From Solirubrobacterales bacterium (GTDB taxonomy: Bacteria > Pseudomonadota > Alphaproteobacteria > Rhodospirillales > Magnetospirillaceae): a stretch of 64,000 nucleotides of DNA. Shown one piece after another: positions 16,927 to 26,414 of the stretch. A program made the position numbers and the translations under genes. The DNA lies in assembly GCA_050260775.1 (NCBI GenBank), contig JBLNCP010000041.1:18198-82197 (forward strand), in the 5' to 3' direction. A model generated the notes under the pieces. That model was not told where the DNA came from. It did no database searches and worked only from the letters and a program-made list of their open reading frames with translations. The first letter of the stretch is position 1; each line of letters opens with the position of its first letter.

Positions 16927-18771
16927 TTACCGCCACACCACCTCGAACAGGGCGATGGGATCCTTGAACCCCTTGAGCACCTTCTCGCCCATGGCGCGGA
17001 AGTTGCCGCCCTTGCCGAACGACAGGTCCTTGACCACGCCGGTGCACAGGATCTGATCGGAATTGGTCGCCGCGCAGACGCGGGCGGCGAGCTGGACGGT
17101 GGTGCCGAACAGGTCGTCCTCCTCCTCGATCGGCTCGCCGGCGTTGAGGCCGATGCGAAGGTGCAGTTCGAGGTCGGGGGTGCGCTCGTTGTTGGCGATC
17201 ACCTGGCGCTGAATGCTGACCGTCGCCTCCACCGCGCTGGCGGCCGAGGCGAAGGAGGCCATGATGCCGTCGCCGGTGTGCTTGATCTCCTTGCCGCCGA
17301 ACTGGGCCAGGGCCCCGCGCACGATCGAATTGTGACGGCGCACGATCTCCTGGGCGGCGGCGTCGCCGCGCTCCTGGGTGAGGTCGGTCGAGCCGACCAT
17401 GTCGGTGAACATCACCGTGACGATGGACGCTTTCTTTTCCGCCGGCTTGTTCCAGTCCTTCATCACCGTCTTGATCTTGCCGTGGGCACCGGCCTCGTCG
17501 CCGCCCAGGAAGTCGGTCATGGCGTCGCGCCCGGCCTGGACCACGCCGAGGTAGCGCGGTTCCAGCATGTATTCCTCGATGCGCTCATAGAACTTGCGGC
17601 CAAGGTCGGCCTTGGTGCCGATGGTTTCCAGCGCGCCGGTCAGCAGCTTGACCTTGCCGCCCTGGGCGATGCGCTTGAACTCGCACAGGGTCTCGACGCC
17701 GCCGGCCAGATAGAGGTGAAGGGCGAACTTGTTGTAGGAATCGAGGACCGGTACCGCCGCCTTCACCGCGGCGACCGCACCGGACAGGAAGCGCGCCACC
17801 ATCGGCTGATGGGCGTCGGCCGCCGACAGCGAGCCGGAGCCTTGATCCTCCTCGGCCACGGCCACAGTCGGCTCGGCGGCAGCCGGCTTCGCGTCCTCGG
17901 GGTCCGGGGTGATCTCCGGCAAGGCCTCGTCGGGACCCGGCGCGATCTCGGGAAGGTCGGGTTCCTCGGCCTGGGGCTCGGGCTCGGCCGCCTCGGGGGC
18001 GGGCTCGGGGACGGGCGGAAGCTGCTCCTCGTCCTGGAACCCCAGGCGCTGCTGCTCCGCCATGGCCTTGTCGGCCAGCTTGTCCAGCGAGCGCTGCAGG
18101 GCCTGGTTGGCCTGCAACGGCGTCATGGCGGCGCGCGGATTGCGGTGGAAGGTGGGGATCTCGGTCTGGCGCGGCAGGAAGCGCAGCGCCAGCGGCACCG
18201 CCACCATCAGGAAGGTCAGCACGAAGACCGCGAACAGCACCTGCCCGTAGTTTTCGGGGGTGACATCCAGGTGGAAACCCCAATCCCACAACAGCAGGAT
18301 GGCGCCGGGGGTGATCTTGATGGCCAGGAGGGCGGTGGCCAGCGCCACGCCGGTGATCATCAGCAGGCGGCCCAGCAGCTGGTGGGCCTTGGCGGCCTTC
18401 TTGGGCCGCACCTCTTCGACGGGTTCTTCCGGCTCGGGCCTGGCCTTGGCCGGCTTGGCCTTGGCCTTGCCCGGCGCGGCGGCGGGCTTGCGGGCGGCGG
18501 GACGGGCGGTGGCGACGGGCGGGGCGCGCGACGGGGCCGGGCGCGACGACGCACCGCTCTTGGTCCCGCTGATGTAGACCTCGGCCTCTTCGAACTTATT
18601 GTCGTCGGTATAATAGGTTTCGCGCACGACCTTGACGCGAATGTTCAGGGTCTGCTCGAGTTCCTTGGCTTCATTGATCGCCGTCTCGCGCTCCTGGCGC
18701 GGGAAGCGCGCATGCAGCATCCATCCACGCGATTGCTCGAGGACGTAGACCTCGTAATTGACGATGATCAT
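16927..18771 (-). CDS. membrane-anchored class III adenylate/guanylate cyclase
   Basis: The C-terminal CYCc domain carries VTVMFTDMVGSTDL...GDGIMASF...LRIGLNAGEP. Two predicted TM helices lie mid-protein. The start was chosen at MIIVNYEVYV (cat at 18769-18771). Confidence 0.8.
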   Translation of the reverse strand: MIIVNYEVYVLEQSRGWMLHARFPRQERETAINEAKELEQTLNIRVKVVRETYYTDDNKFEEAEVYISGTKSGASSRPAPSRAPPVATARPAARKPAAAPGKAKAKPAKARPEPEEPVEEVRPKKAAKAHQLLGRLLMITGVALATALLAIKITPGAILLLWDWGFHLDVTPENYGQVLFAVFVLTFLMVAVPLALRFLPRQTEIPTFHRNPRAAMTPLQANQALQRSLDKLADKAMAEQQRLGFQDEEQLPPVPEPAPEAAEPEPQAEEPDLPEIAPGPDEALPEITPDPEDAKPAAAEPTVAVAEEDQGSGSLSAADAHQPMVARFLSGAVAAVKAAVPVLDSYNKFALHLYLAGGVETLCEFKRIAQGGKVKLLTGALETIGTKADLGRKFYERIEEYMLEPRYLGVVQAGRDAMTDFLGGDEAGAHGKIKTVMKDWNKPAEKKASIVTVMFTDMVGSTDLTQERGDAAAQEIVRRHNSIVRGALAQFGGKEIKHTGDGIMASFASAASAVEATVSIQRQVIANNERTPDLELHLRIGLNAGEPIEEEDDLFGTTVQLAARVCAATNSDQILCTGVVKDLSFGKGGNFRAMGEKVLKGFKDPIALFEVVWR

Positions 18772-18860
18772 CGCGTTGGCCCGCTGCCCCGGTTCCTCGG
18801 CCGGTCCCCTCGAAAAGTGTGCTAATCCCTTCAGGAGAGGAAGTCTAGAACAAAAGACCA

Positions 18861-18923
18861 AAAGCCGCCCGAGGGGGCGGCTTTCCTGGGGATGCAAAAA
18901 GCGGCGGCTCAGAGAGCCGCCGC
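18861..18923 (-). terminator. two tandem hairpin terminators downstream of rpmE
   Basis: Hairpin 1: GCGGCGGCTC (18901-18910) pairs with GAGCCGCCGC (18914-18923), then TTTTT on the minus strand. Hairpin 2: AAAGCCGCCC (18861-18870) pairs with GGGCGGCTTT (18875-18884), followed by a T-rich tract. Confidence 0.65.
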
Positions 18924-18934
18924 TTGTCGCAATA

Positions 18935-19159
18935 TCACTTCTTGATGCCGAAGCTAGCGAAGCGCTTGTTGAACTTCGCGATCTGGCCTCCGGTGTCGAC
19001 CATGCGCTGGACGCCGGTCCAGGCCGGATGCGACTTCGGATCGATGTCGAGGCGCAGAGTGTCGCCCGCCTTGCCCATGGTCGAGCGGGTCTTGAACTCG
19101 CTGCCGTCCGTCATCACCACGTTGATCTCGTGGTAATCCGGATGAATGTCGTTCTTCAT
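18935..19159 (-). CDS. rpmE: 50S ribosomal protein L31
   Basis: 74 aa, [22 protein letters not shown]...FNKRF. This is a non-zinc-ribbon variant because the CxxC pairs are absent. Confidence 0.95.
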   Translation of the reverse strand: MKNDIHPDYHEINVVMTDGSEFKTRSTMGKAGDTLRLDIDPKSHPAWTGVQRMVDTGGQIAKFNKRFASFGIKK

Positions 19160-19239
19160 GGCCGTACCTGCTCCGAAAATCGAAGGCGCCTCTATATCGA
19201 AAAGCCGGACCGGGTGCAAGCCTTGGAAGTGAATTATTT

Positions 19240-19587
19240 TCACATCCGCGATACGGACGGTGGCGGCGTCATCTCGAGCGTCGTGCGCACGGCCGACAGT
19301 AGGTCGTCGCGGCGGAACGGCTTGGGCAGGGTGTTGAGGGCGCGCACGTGATAGGGAATGCCCAATCCGTTGGGAAGGGCGAGCATGCGGGTGCCGACGA
19401 AGGCCTGGACCGCCGGTTCCACGTCATCGGTGTCGGCGATCACCAGGTCGGCGGGATGGCTGGAGTGCAGGCGGGCGCCCAAAGCCCCGTCCTCGGCGAG
19501 TTCGACCTCGTATCCGGCGCCTTCGAGGATATTGCGCATCGTGTGGCGCGCTTTGTTCTCGGATTCGATGACCAGGATACGGGTCAT
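19240..19587 (-). CDS. single-domain response regulator (receiver only)
   Basis: 115 aa with a CheY-like fold pattern: ILVIESE, DLVIAD (phospho-acceptor Asp) and LPKPF (conserved Lys). Confidence 0.7.
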   Translation of the reverse strand: MTRILVIESENKARHTMRNILEGAGYEVELAEDGALGARLHSSHPADLVIADTDDVEPAVQAFVGTRMLALPNGLGIPYHVRALNTLPKPFRRDDLLSAVRTTLEMTPPPSVSRM

Positions 19588-19782
19588 TGGTGTCTCCTCC
19601 CATGGGGGGGCTGCCGTCTGGGGCTGCCTTTCTTTCCACCACTATCAGCGCGTTCCCCAGCCTGGGCAAACCAAACTTTGGCAGCTCCCACCAACGGTGG
19701 AGAGGGTCGCGACGGAAGGGATAGCCGTCTTGGCGGGGCCGGGCTCTCGGGTTAGGATCGCGCCGACTGCAGGAGGATACCC

Positions 19783-20109
19783 ATGAGCCTTGACGAGAAC
19801 CGCTTCGCCGCCCTGGCCGACCAGATGCTGGAAAGCATCGCCGACGCCATCGACGAGAAGCTGGGCGACGAGATCGACGTCGAGCTGCAGCACGGCATCC
19901 TGACCCTGACCCTGGAGGGCGGCGGCCAGTACGTCATCAACAAGCACGCGCCCAACCGCGAGATCTGGCTGTCGTCGCCGGTCAGCGGCGCCGCCCATTT
20001 CGCCTTTGCCGACGATGGCTGGGTCTCCACCCGCGAGCCCCGTCACCGGCTGGACGCCGTGCTGAAGGCGGAGATGAAGGCCAAATTCGGGGCGGACCTG
20101 GAGTTCTAG
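19783..20109 (+). CDS. cyaY: iron donor protein CyaY (frataxin homologue)
   Basis: 108 aa with the frataxin signature GILTLTL..GGQYVINKHAPNREIWLSSPVSG. Confidence 0.85.
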   Translation: MSLDENRFAALADQMLESIADAIDEKLGDEIDVELQHGILTLTLEGGGQYVINKHAPNREIWLSSPVSGAAHFAFADDGWVSTREPRHRLDAVLKAEMKAKFGADLEF

Positions 20110-20193
20110 GGACGGGTTTTCCAGTCCCAACACGGATCCGTCGTCGCGCGCCGTCACCCCGGTGAGCCGGGGGCCATGGGGCCGTCTGAAAAC

Positions 20194-21444
20194 CTACTCC
20201 GCCTTCACCAGCACGTGGCGCTTCTTGCCGGCGGTCAGCTTGATGACGCCGTCCTTGATCTCGGCCGCGCCGATGGCGGTCGCCGGGTCCTTGACCGGGG
20301 CGTCGTTGACCTTGGCGCCGCCCTGCTGGATCAGCCGGCGGGCCTCGCCGTTGGAGGCGGCCAGGCCGGCCTTGACGAACAGGGCGAAGGCGGGGATGCC
20401 GGCGGCCAACTCGGCGGCGGGCAGGGCGACGGTCGGCAGGGTGTCGGCCAGCGCGCCCTCCTCGAACGTCTTGCGCGCCGTCTCGGCCGCTTCCAGGGCC
20501 GCAGCCTCGCCGCGCGCCAGACGGGTGACTTCGTTGGCCAGGATCTTCTTGGCCTCGTTGATCTCGGCGCCTTCCAGCTTCTCCAGGCGGGCGATTTCGT
20601 CGAGCGGCAATTCGGTGAACAGCTTGAGGAAGCGGCCGACGTCGGCATCCTCGGTGTTGCGCCAGTACTGCCAGAACTCCCAGTTGGACAGCTTGTCCTC
20701 GTTCAGCCAGATGGCGCCGTTGGCGCTCTTGCCCATCTTGGCCCCCGACGAGGTGGTCAGCAGCGGGCTGGTCAGGCCGAACAGCTCGGCCTGGTGCACG
20801 CGGCGGCCGAGCTCGACGCCGTTGACGATGTTGCCCCACTGGTCGGAGCCGCCCATCTGCAGGATCACCTTCTGGCGCGCCCACAGCTCGGCGAAGTCGT
20901 ATCCCTGCAGGATCATGTAGTTGAATTCGAGGAAGGTGAGCGGCTGTTCGCGGTCGAGGCGCAGCTTGACCGAATCGAAGGTCAGCATGCGGTTGACGGT
21001 GAAGTGGCGGCCGTAATCGCGCAGGAAGTCGATGTAGTTGAGGGTGTTCAGCCAGTCGGCGTTGTTGACCATGCTGGCGGCGGTCGGGCCGGCGCCGAAC
21101 TCCAGGTAGCGGTCGAACACCTTCTTGATGCCGTCCATGTTGCGGGCGATGTCCTCGTCGGACAGCAGGCGCCGCGCCTCGTCCTTGCCCGAGGGGTCGC
21201 CGATGCGGCTGGTGCCGCCGCCCATCAGCACGAGCGGGCGGTTGCCGGTCTTCTGCCACCAGCGCAGCAGCATGATCGGCAGCAGCGAGCCGACATGCAG
21301 GGAATCGGCGGTGCAGTCAAAGCCGATATAGCAGGTGGCCGGGCCCTCGGTCAGGCGCTTGTCCAGGCCTTCCAGGTCGGTGCACTGGTGCAGGTAGCCG
21401 CGCTCGGTGACGACGCGCAGGAAATCGGATTTGACGGTGCTCAT
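20194..21444 (-). CDS. tyrS: tyrosine--tRNA ligase
   Basis: 416 aa from MSTVKSDF, with [15 protein letters not shown] (HIGH region), KMGKS (KMSKS) and a C-terminal S4 domain. The 803-aa ORF extension is antisense to anmK and was rejected. Confidence 0.95.
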   Translation of the reverse strand: MSTVKSDFLRVVTERGYLHQCTDLEGLDKRLTEGPATCYIGFDCTADSLHVGSLLPIMLLRWWQKTGNRPLVLMGGGTSRIGDPSGKDEARRLLSDEDIARNMDGIKKVFDRYLEFGAGPTAASMVNNADWLNTLNYIDFLRDYGRHFTVNRMLTFDSVKLRLDREQPLTFLEFNYMILQGYDFAELWARQKVILQMGGSDQWGNIVNGVELGRRVHQAELFGLTSPLLTTSSGAKMGKSANGAIWLNEDKLSNWEFWQYWRNTEDADVGRFLKLFTELPLDEIARLEKLEGAEINEAKKILANEVTRLARGEAAALEAAETARKTFEEGALADTLPTVALPAAELAAGIPAFALFVKAGLAASNGEARRLIQQGGAKVNDAPVKDPATAIGAAEIKDGVIKLTAGKKRHVLVKAE

Positions 21445-21540
21445 GGCGGGGGCGTTCGGTTGCTTGCGGAAAGGCCGTCCGTTTAGCACAATCCCGCCTT
21501 CGTCACAATTGCCGGGCCCCATTGCGATGAGACCGACGCC

Positions 21541-22620
21541 ATGACCATGCTCGCCCTCGGGCTGATGAGCGGCACTTCGCTGGACGGGGTCGACGCCGCG
21601 TTGGCCGTCACCGACGGCATCGCCGTCGAGCGCCTGGGCCCGGCGCTGACCGTGCCCTACGCGCCGGAGCTGAGGGAACGCCTGCGCGGCGTGTTGGGCG
21701 GCGTCGGCCCGGTGGCCGCGGTCGAGCGCGACATCACCCTGTTCCATGCCGAGGCGGTGCGGAAGCTGCTCGCCGAGAACGGGTTGTCGGCGGCCGAGAT
21801 CGACGTGGTGGGCTTCCACGGCCACACCATCCTGCACCGTCCGGCCGAGCGGCGGACCTGGCAGATCGGCAACGGTCAGTTGCTGGCCGACACCCTGGGG
21901 ATCCCGGTGGTCAACGACTTCCGCACCGCCGACGTGCTGGCAGGCGGGCAGGGGGCGCCGCTGGTGCCGGTGTTCCACCGCGCCCTGGCCGCCGGCCTGC
22001 CGCGCCCGGTGGCGGTGCTCAATCTCGGCGGTGTCGGCAATGTCACCTGGATCGGCGAGGACGACCACATCCTGGCCTTCGACACCGGCCCCGGCAACGC
22101 GCTGATCGACGACTGGGCCCATGCCCATACCGGCCGCCCGGTGGACGAGGGCGGCCGCCTGGCCCGGGCCGGCACCGTCGATGCGCGGGCGGTGGCCGGC
22201 TTCGGCCAGCATGAATTCTTCGACCGCGCCCCGCCGAAATCGCTGGATCGCGACGAGTTCCGCGCCCACGCCAAACGCCTGGTGGAGGGCAAGGGGGCCG
22301 AGGATGGCGCCGCCACGCTCACCGCCTTCACGGCGCGCGCCGTCGGCCTCGCCTGTCCGCACTTGCCCAAGCGGCCGGTGCGCTGGCTGGTGTGCGGCGG
22401 CGGCCGCCACAACCCCATGGTCATGGAGGCTCTGCGGGCCGAGTTGGACGCGCCGGTCGATCCGGTGGAGGCGGTGGGCTGGGACGGCGACGCGCTGGAG
22501 GCGCAGGCCTTCGCCTATCTGGCGGTGCGGTCGCTGCGCGGCCTGCCGCTCACCTTCCCGGAGACCACCGGCGGGCCGAAACCGTGCGGCGGCGGCCGTC
22601 TCCACACCCCGCGTTCGTAA
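21541..22620 (+). CDS. anmK: anhydro-N-acetylmuramic acid kinase
   Basis: 359 aa with [15 protein letters not shown] at the N-terminus and NLGGVGN, the typical AnmK ATPase motifs. Confidence 0.9.
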   Translation: MTMLALGLMSGTSLDGVDAALAVTDGIAVERLGPALTVPYAPELRERLRGVLGGVGPVAAVERDITLFHAEAVRKLLAENGLSAAEIDVVGFHGHTILHRPAERRTWQIGNGQLLADTLGIPVVNDFRTADVLAGGQGAPLVPVFHRALAAGLPRPVAVLNLGGVGNVTWIGEDDHILAFDTGPGNALIDDWAHAHTGRPVDEGGRLARAGTVDARAVAGFGQHEFFDRAPPKSLDRDEFRAHAKRLVEGKGAEDGAATLTAFTARAVGLACPHLPKRPVRWLVCGGGRHNPMVMEALRAELDAPVDPVEAVGWDGDALEAQAFAYLAVRSLRGLPLTFPETTGGPKPCGGGRLHTPRS

Positions 22621-22631
22621 GGAGCCTCAGC

Positions 22632-22958
22632 ATGCGTTCGATCGTTCTCGCCGCCCTCGCCGTGCTGGCGGCCGCCCCCGCCGTTGCCCCCGCCTTGGCC
22701 GACGAGGTCAGTGCCGTCCAGGCCGTGCGCAAGCAGTCGCGGGTGGTGGACACCATGCTCGACAACGGCGGCAACCTCTACGTGGCGGTCAAGCCCACCG
22801 CCGGCGCCTGGGACCAGTTCGGCGCCTACCTGTGCAACGTGGTGCGGCCGCACCACGCGCGGATCTTCCGCATCCGGGTGATCGACCTCACCTCGATGGG
22901 CGCGGGCAAGCCGCCGGCGGCGTGGCGCAAGCTGGCGGAAGCAAATTGCGGGAGGTGA
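22632..22958 (+). CDS. hypothetical secreted protein
   Basis: 108 aa with a signal peptide (MRSIVLAALAVLAAAPAVAPALA/DE) and two Cys. I recognise no family. Confidence 0.45.
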   Translation: MRSIVLAALAVLAAAPAVAPALADEVSAVQAVRKQSRVVDTMLDNGGNLYVAVKPTAGAWDQFGAYLCNVVRPHHARIFRIRVIDLTSMGAGKPPAAWRKLAEANCGR

Positions 22959-22960
22959 GG

Positions 22961-22990
22961 CTCAGGATGACGGCGAACCGTCATCCTGAG
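22961..22990. repeat. REP-like perfect hairpin, CTCAGGATGACGG-CGAA-CCGTCATCCTGAG
   Basis: 13-bp perfect arms with a 4-nt loop in the convergent intergenic region. It shares its core with the element at 31535-31603. Confidence 0.8.
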
Positions 22991-23006
22991 GTTCGGGCGG
23001 GCCGGC

Positions 23007-23693
23007 CTAGGACAGCGCCGCCGCCATGGCGGGCTCGGCTAGCGCCGGGCGCGCTTCGGACAGGTTTTCGTCCAGATAGCCGTCAACCACCTCGGTCATG
23101 GCTTCGAGATGGGTGCCGAAGAAGTGGTTGGCGCCGTCGACCGTGCGGTACTTGACGCGGATGTTACGCTGGGCCGCCAGCTTGTTGGCTAGCTTGGCCA
23201 CCGACAGCTCGGGCACCAGCTCGTCGGCCGAACCGTGGACGATCAAGCCCGAGGACGGGCAGGGCGCCAGGAACGAGAAATCATAGATGTTGGCGGGCGG
23301 TGCCACTGAGACGAAGCCGTCGATCTCGGGCCGGCGCATCAACAGCTGCATACCGACCCAGGCGCCGAAGGAGAAGCCGCCGACCCAGCACAGCTGGGCG
23401 TTGGGATTGTAGGTCTGCATCCAATCGAGCGCGGCGGCGGCGTCGGACAATTCGCCCTGGCCGTTGTCGAACTTGCCCTGGCTTCGCCCGACGCCGCGGA
23501 AGTTGAAGCGCAGCGTCGAGAACCCCTTGCGCACGAACGAATGGTACAAGGCGTAGACCACCTTGTTGTTCATGGTGCCGCCATGCTGGGGATGGGGGTG
23601 CAGCAGAAGCGCGATAGGCGCATTCGGAGACTTGCCATGATGATAGCGGCCCTCGAGCCGGCCATCTGGTCCGTTGAAAATCACTTCAGGCAT
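23007..23693 (-). CDS. alpha/beta hydrolase
   Basis: 228 aa with the nucleophile elbow GFSFGA, a C-terminal HGSADELV and a His near the end (ANHFF). Confidence 0.75.
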   Translation of the reverse strand: MPEVIFNGPDGRLEGRYHHGKSPNAPIALLLHPHPQHGGTMNNKVVYALYHSFVRKGFSTLRFNFRGVGRSQGKFDNGQGELSDAAAALDWMQTYNPNAQLCWVGGFSFGAWVGMQLLMRRPEIDGFVSVAPPANIYDFSFLAPCPSSGLIVHGSADELVPELSVAKLANKLAAQRNIRVKYRTVDGANHFFGTHLEAMTEVVDGYLDENLSEARPALAEPAMAAALS

Positions 23694-23789
23694 TGGTCCA
23701 CCACAGTCTCATTGGGCCGACGCGCGCTCATACCTGACACGCGCTGTCGGGGAATAAATGGCGACAAACTAGGATTGAGCCGGTCAAAC

Positions 23790-23818
23790 TTGACTGGCTT
23801 TGTCGGGCATCCTATATT
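23790..23818 (+). promoter_or_regulatory. near-consensus sigma70-type promoter upstream of cysE
   Basis: TTGACT (23790-23795), a 17-nt spacer, then TATATT (23813-23818), in an unusually AT-rich 210-bp intergenic region. It would give a leader of roughly 80 nt before the cysE start. Confidence 0.55.
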
Positions 23819-23905
23819 CACCTTCGATGCGGTTGCCCCCCGTTGGGCATGCCCCCATACCAAAAGGGCGCCGTAACCATCAAATAGATTAGCATATTGC
23901 CAGCT

Positions 23906-24706
23906 ATGATTTTCAAGACTCTTCAGGAAGATATCGCATCCATCCGCAGTCGGGACCCAGCCGCCCACTCCGGGCTGGAGGTCCTGCTGTGCTATCCGGG
24001 ATTGCATGCCCTGATGGTCTATCGCCTCGCCCATTGGTGCTGGATCCATGGCTTCCGGGTGCTGGGGCGCTTCATTTCGCATATCGCCAAGGTCTTCACC
24101 GGGATCGAGATCCATCCCGGCGCGACGGTGGGCCGGCGCCTGTTCATCGACCACGGCACCGGCGTGGTGATCGGCGAGACCGCGGTGATCGGCGACGACG
24201 TCACCCTCTATCACGGCGTCACCCTGGGCGGCACCTCGCTGCACAAGGGCAAGCGCCACCCGACGCTGGAGGACGGCGTCATCATCGGTTCCGGCGCGCA
24301 GGTGCTGGGGCCGATCACCGTGGGCAAGGGGGCGCGCGTGGGCGCCAACGCGGTGGTGCTGACCGACGTGCCGCCGGGGGTGACCATGGTCGGCATCCCG
24401 GCACGGATGGTCATGCGCCGCGCCAAGCCGTCGGAGCCGGAGTTCTGCGCCTACGGCATGCCGGGCGACGAGCTGCCCGACCCGGTGGCGCGGGCGATCG
24501 ACAGCCTGCGCGGCCAGGTGGCGACGCTGCTGGAGCGCGTCGCCGAACTGGAGGCCGAGCGCGACGGCCCCGGCAAGGATGGTTCGGGCAAGGATGGTTC
24601 GGGCAAGGATGGTTCGGGCAAGGTGGATGGACTGGCCCGGCTGCCCAGGGTGGTGGCGGGCAAGGATGATCAGGTGGATGGGCCGCAGGCCGCCACCCCG
24701 CAGTGA
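23906..24706 (+). CDS. cysE: serine O-acetyltransferase with a repeat-containing C-terminal extension
   Basis: [20 protein letters not shown]... followed by hexapeptide repeats ([44 protein letters not shown]). An upstream TTG at 23897 is an alternative start. Confidence 0.9.
   Translation: MIFKTLQEDIASIRSRDPAAHSGLEVLLCYPGLHALMVYRLAHWCWIHGFRVLGRFISHIAKVFTGIEIHPGATVGRRLFIDHGTGVVIGETAVIGDDVTLYHGVTLGGTSLHKGKRHPTLEDGVIIGSGAQVLGPITVGKGARVGANAVVLTDVPPGVTMVGIPARMVMRRAKPSEPEFCAYGMPGDELPDPVARAIDSLRGQVATLLERVAELEAERDGPGKDGSGKDGSGKDGSGKVDGLARLPRVVAGKDDQVDGPQAATPQ
24572..24623 (+). repeat. 15-bp tandem repeat (GGCAAGGATGGTTCG, three exact copies plus a partial) inside the cysE 3' end
   Basis: Exact copies at 24572-24586, 24587-24601 and 24602-24616, encoding (GKDGS)x3, followed by a diverged partial copy. 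Confidence 0.95.
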
Positions 24707-24762
24707 GAAGTGATCAGTGAGACAAGGGCGGCACGCCGCAGTGATGTACGGGAGTATTTGAC

Positions 24763-25221
24763 GTGAAGCTCAGCACCAAGGGTCGGTACGCGGTCATGGC
24801 GATGGTCGACCTGGCCAGCCATTCCAACGGCAGTCCGGTCGCGCTTGCCGACATCGCCGAGCGGCAGGAGATTTCGCTCTCCTACCTCGAGCAGCTGTTC
24901 GGCAAGCTCAGGAAGGGCGGCCTGGTGAAGAGCGTGCGCGGCCCGGGCGGCGGCTACCTGCTGTCGCGCCAGGCGCAGCAGATGCGCATCTCCGACATCA
25001 TCCTGGCGGTGGACGAGCCGATCCAGACCACGCGCTGCTCGCCCGGTTCGCCGGCCGGCTGCCACAACAACAAGGGCCGGTGCCTGACCCACGATTTGTG
25101 GGAGGAGCTCGGCAACCAGATCTACCTTTATCTCAGCTCGGTCTCGCTGGCCGACGTGTGCGAACGCCGGATCCTCGGCAGTTCGGGAATGTTCCACGGC
25201 GGCACGGTGGCGGCCCAGTAG
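24763..25221 (+). CDS. iscR: Rrf2-family Fe-S cluster assembly transcriptional regulator
   Basis: GTG start, MKLSTKGRYAVMAMVDLA (Rrf2 wHTH). Cluster-ligand cysteines lie in TTRCSPGSPAGCHNNKGRC. The gene sits directly upstream of the isc genes. Confidence 0.85.
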   Translation: MKLSTKGRYAVMAMVDLASHSNGSPVALADIAERQEISLSYLEQLFGKLRKGGLVKSVRGPGGGYLLSRQAQQMRISDIILAVDEPIQTTRCSPGSPAGCHNNKGRCLTHDLWEELGNQIYLYLSSVSLADVCERRILGSSGMFHGGTVAAQ

Positions 25222-25261
25222 AACGCGGTCCACGATCGGTTTGTGCGGAGGTTTTTTCGTC

Positions 25262-26398
25262 GTGACGGGGTCGGCCTACCTCGATTACAACGCCGGCGCG
25301 CCGGCGCGGCCCGAGGTGGTCGCCGCCATGGCCGAGGCCCTGGCGCGCGGCGGCAATCCCTCGTCGGTCCATGCCGCCGGCCGCGCGGCCCGGCGTTGCA
25401 TGGAAGAGGCGCGGGCGCAGGTGGCGGCGCTGGTCGGCGCCCCGGCCTCTGGGGTGGTGTTCACCTCCGGCGGCACCGAGGCCAACCTGCTGGCGCTTCG
25501 CGGCACGGGACGCTCCCGCGTCCTGGTCTCGGCGGTCGAGCATCCGTCGGTGCGCGAAGCGGTCACCGCGGCGGAAACGATCCCGGTCGACGGCAACGGC
25601 GTGGTCGATCTCGCCGCCCTCGAGGCGATGTTGGCGGCGGACGCGCGGCCGGCGCTGGTCTCTCTGATGCTCGCCAACAACGAGACCGGGGTGATCCAGC
25701 CGGTGGCGCAAGCCGCCCGGGTCGCCCGGCGCTTCGGCGCGCTGGTTCATTGCGACGCCGCCCAGGCGGCGGGACGGCTGCCGGTGTCGCTCGCCGAGCT
25801 GGGAATCGACCTGCTGACGCTGTCGGCGCACAAGCTCGGCGGTCCGGCCGGGAACGGCGCGCTGGTGATGGCGGACCCGGACCTGCCGCTGGCGGCGGTC
25901 CAGCCCGGCGGGGGCCAGGAGCGGCGGCGGCGGGGCGGGACGGAGAATCTCGCGGGCATCGTCGGATTCGGCGTGGCGGCGAAATTGGTGGCGGATGACG
26001 CTGGCTCATCCATATTAGAGTGGACTAATTTTAGGGATGCCCTGGAGGCCGAGGCGTTGCGCCGGGTCCCCGGCGCCCAGGTGGTCGGTGCCGCCGCCCG
26101 CCGTCTCGGCAACACGTCGTGCCTGGCCTTGCCGGGGGTGGCGGCCGAGGTCCAGGTGATGGCGCTCGACCTGGGCGGCGTGATGGTCAGCGCCGGCGCC
26201 GCCTGCTCGTCGGGCAAGGTGGCGCAAAGCCACGTGCTGGCGGCCATGGGCCTGCCGGCCGAGGTGGCGGGATGCGCGGTGCGGGTCAGCCTGGGGTGGG
26301 GCAGCCGCGCCGAGGACGTTGCGAAGTTCCTGGACGCGTGGGCCGATCTGGCCCGCCGGAAGGGGTTTGAGGTGAGAATGGCGGCCGAGGCCGCGTGA
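25262..26398 (+). CDS. cysteine desulfurase, NifS-like paralogue
   Basis: Class V aminotransferase: [26 protein letters not shown] (PLP Lys), SAGAACSSG (active-site Cys loop). GTG 25262 has a GGAGG about 10 nt upstream. TTG 25241 is an alternative start. Confidence 0.85.
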   Translation: MTGSAYLDYNAGAPARPEVVAAMAEALARGGNPSSVHAAGRAARRCMEEARAQVAALVGAPASGVVFTSGGTEANLLALRGTGRSRVLVSAVEHPSVREAVTAAETIPVDGNGVVDLAALEAMLAADARPALVSLMLANNETGVIQPVAQAARVARRFGALVHCDAAQAAGRLPVSLAELGIDLLTLSAHKLGGPAGNGALVMADPDLPLAAVQPGGGQERRRRGGTENLAGIVGFGVAAKLVADDAGSSILEWTNFRDALEAEALRRVPGAQVVGAAARRLGNTSCLALPGVAAEVQVMALDLGGVMVSAGAACSSGKVAQSHVLAAMGLPAEVAGCAVRVSLGWGSRAEDVAKFLDAWADLARRKGFEVRMAAEAA

Positions 26399-26414
26399 GC
26401 AAAGGGAAGACAGG

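Noticed and set aside
17161-18825. 554-aa ORF antisense to the cyclase gene
   Set aside because: Shadow ORF; the cyclase on the minus strand has canonical catalytic motifs.
19240-19587. The receiver domain as a pseudo-receiver because the acidic pocket reads ESE instead of DD
   Set aside because: The phospho-acceptor Asp (DLVIAD) and the conserved Lys (LPKPF) are present, and Glu can substitute in the acidic pocket. The sequence alone gives insufficient grounds.
21445-22605. N-terminal extension making an 803-aa TyrS ORF
   Set aside because: The extension is antisense to anmK and unrelated to TyrS. MSTVKSDF at 21444 gives a canonical 416-aa enzyme.
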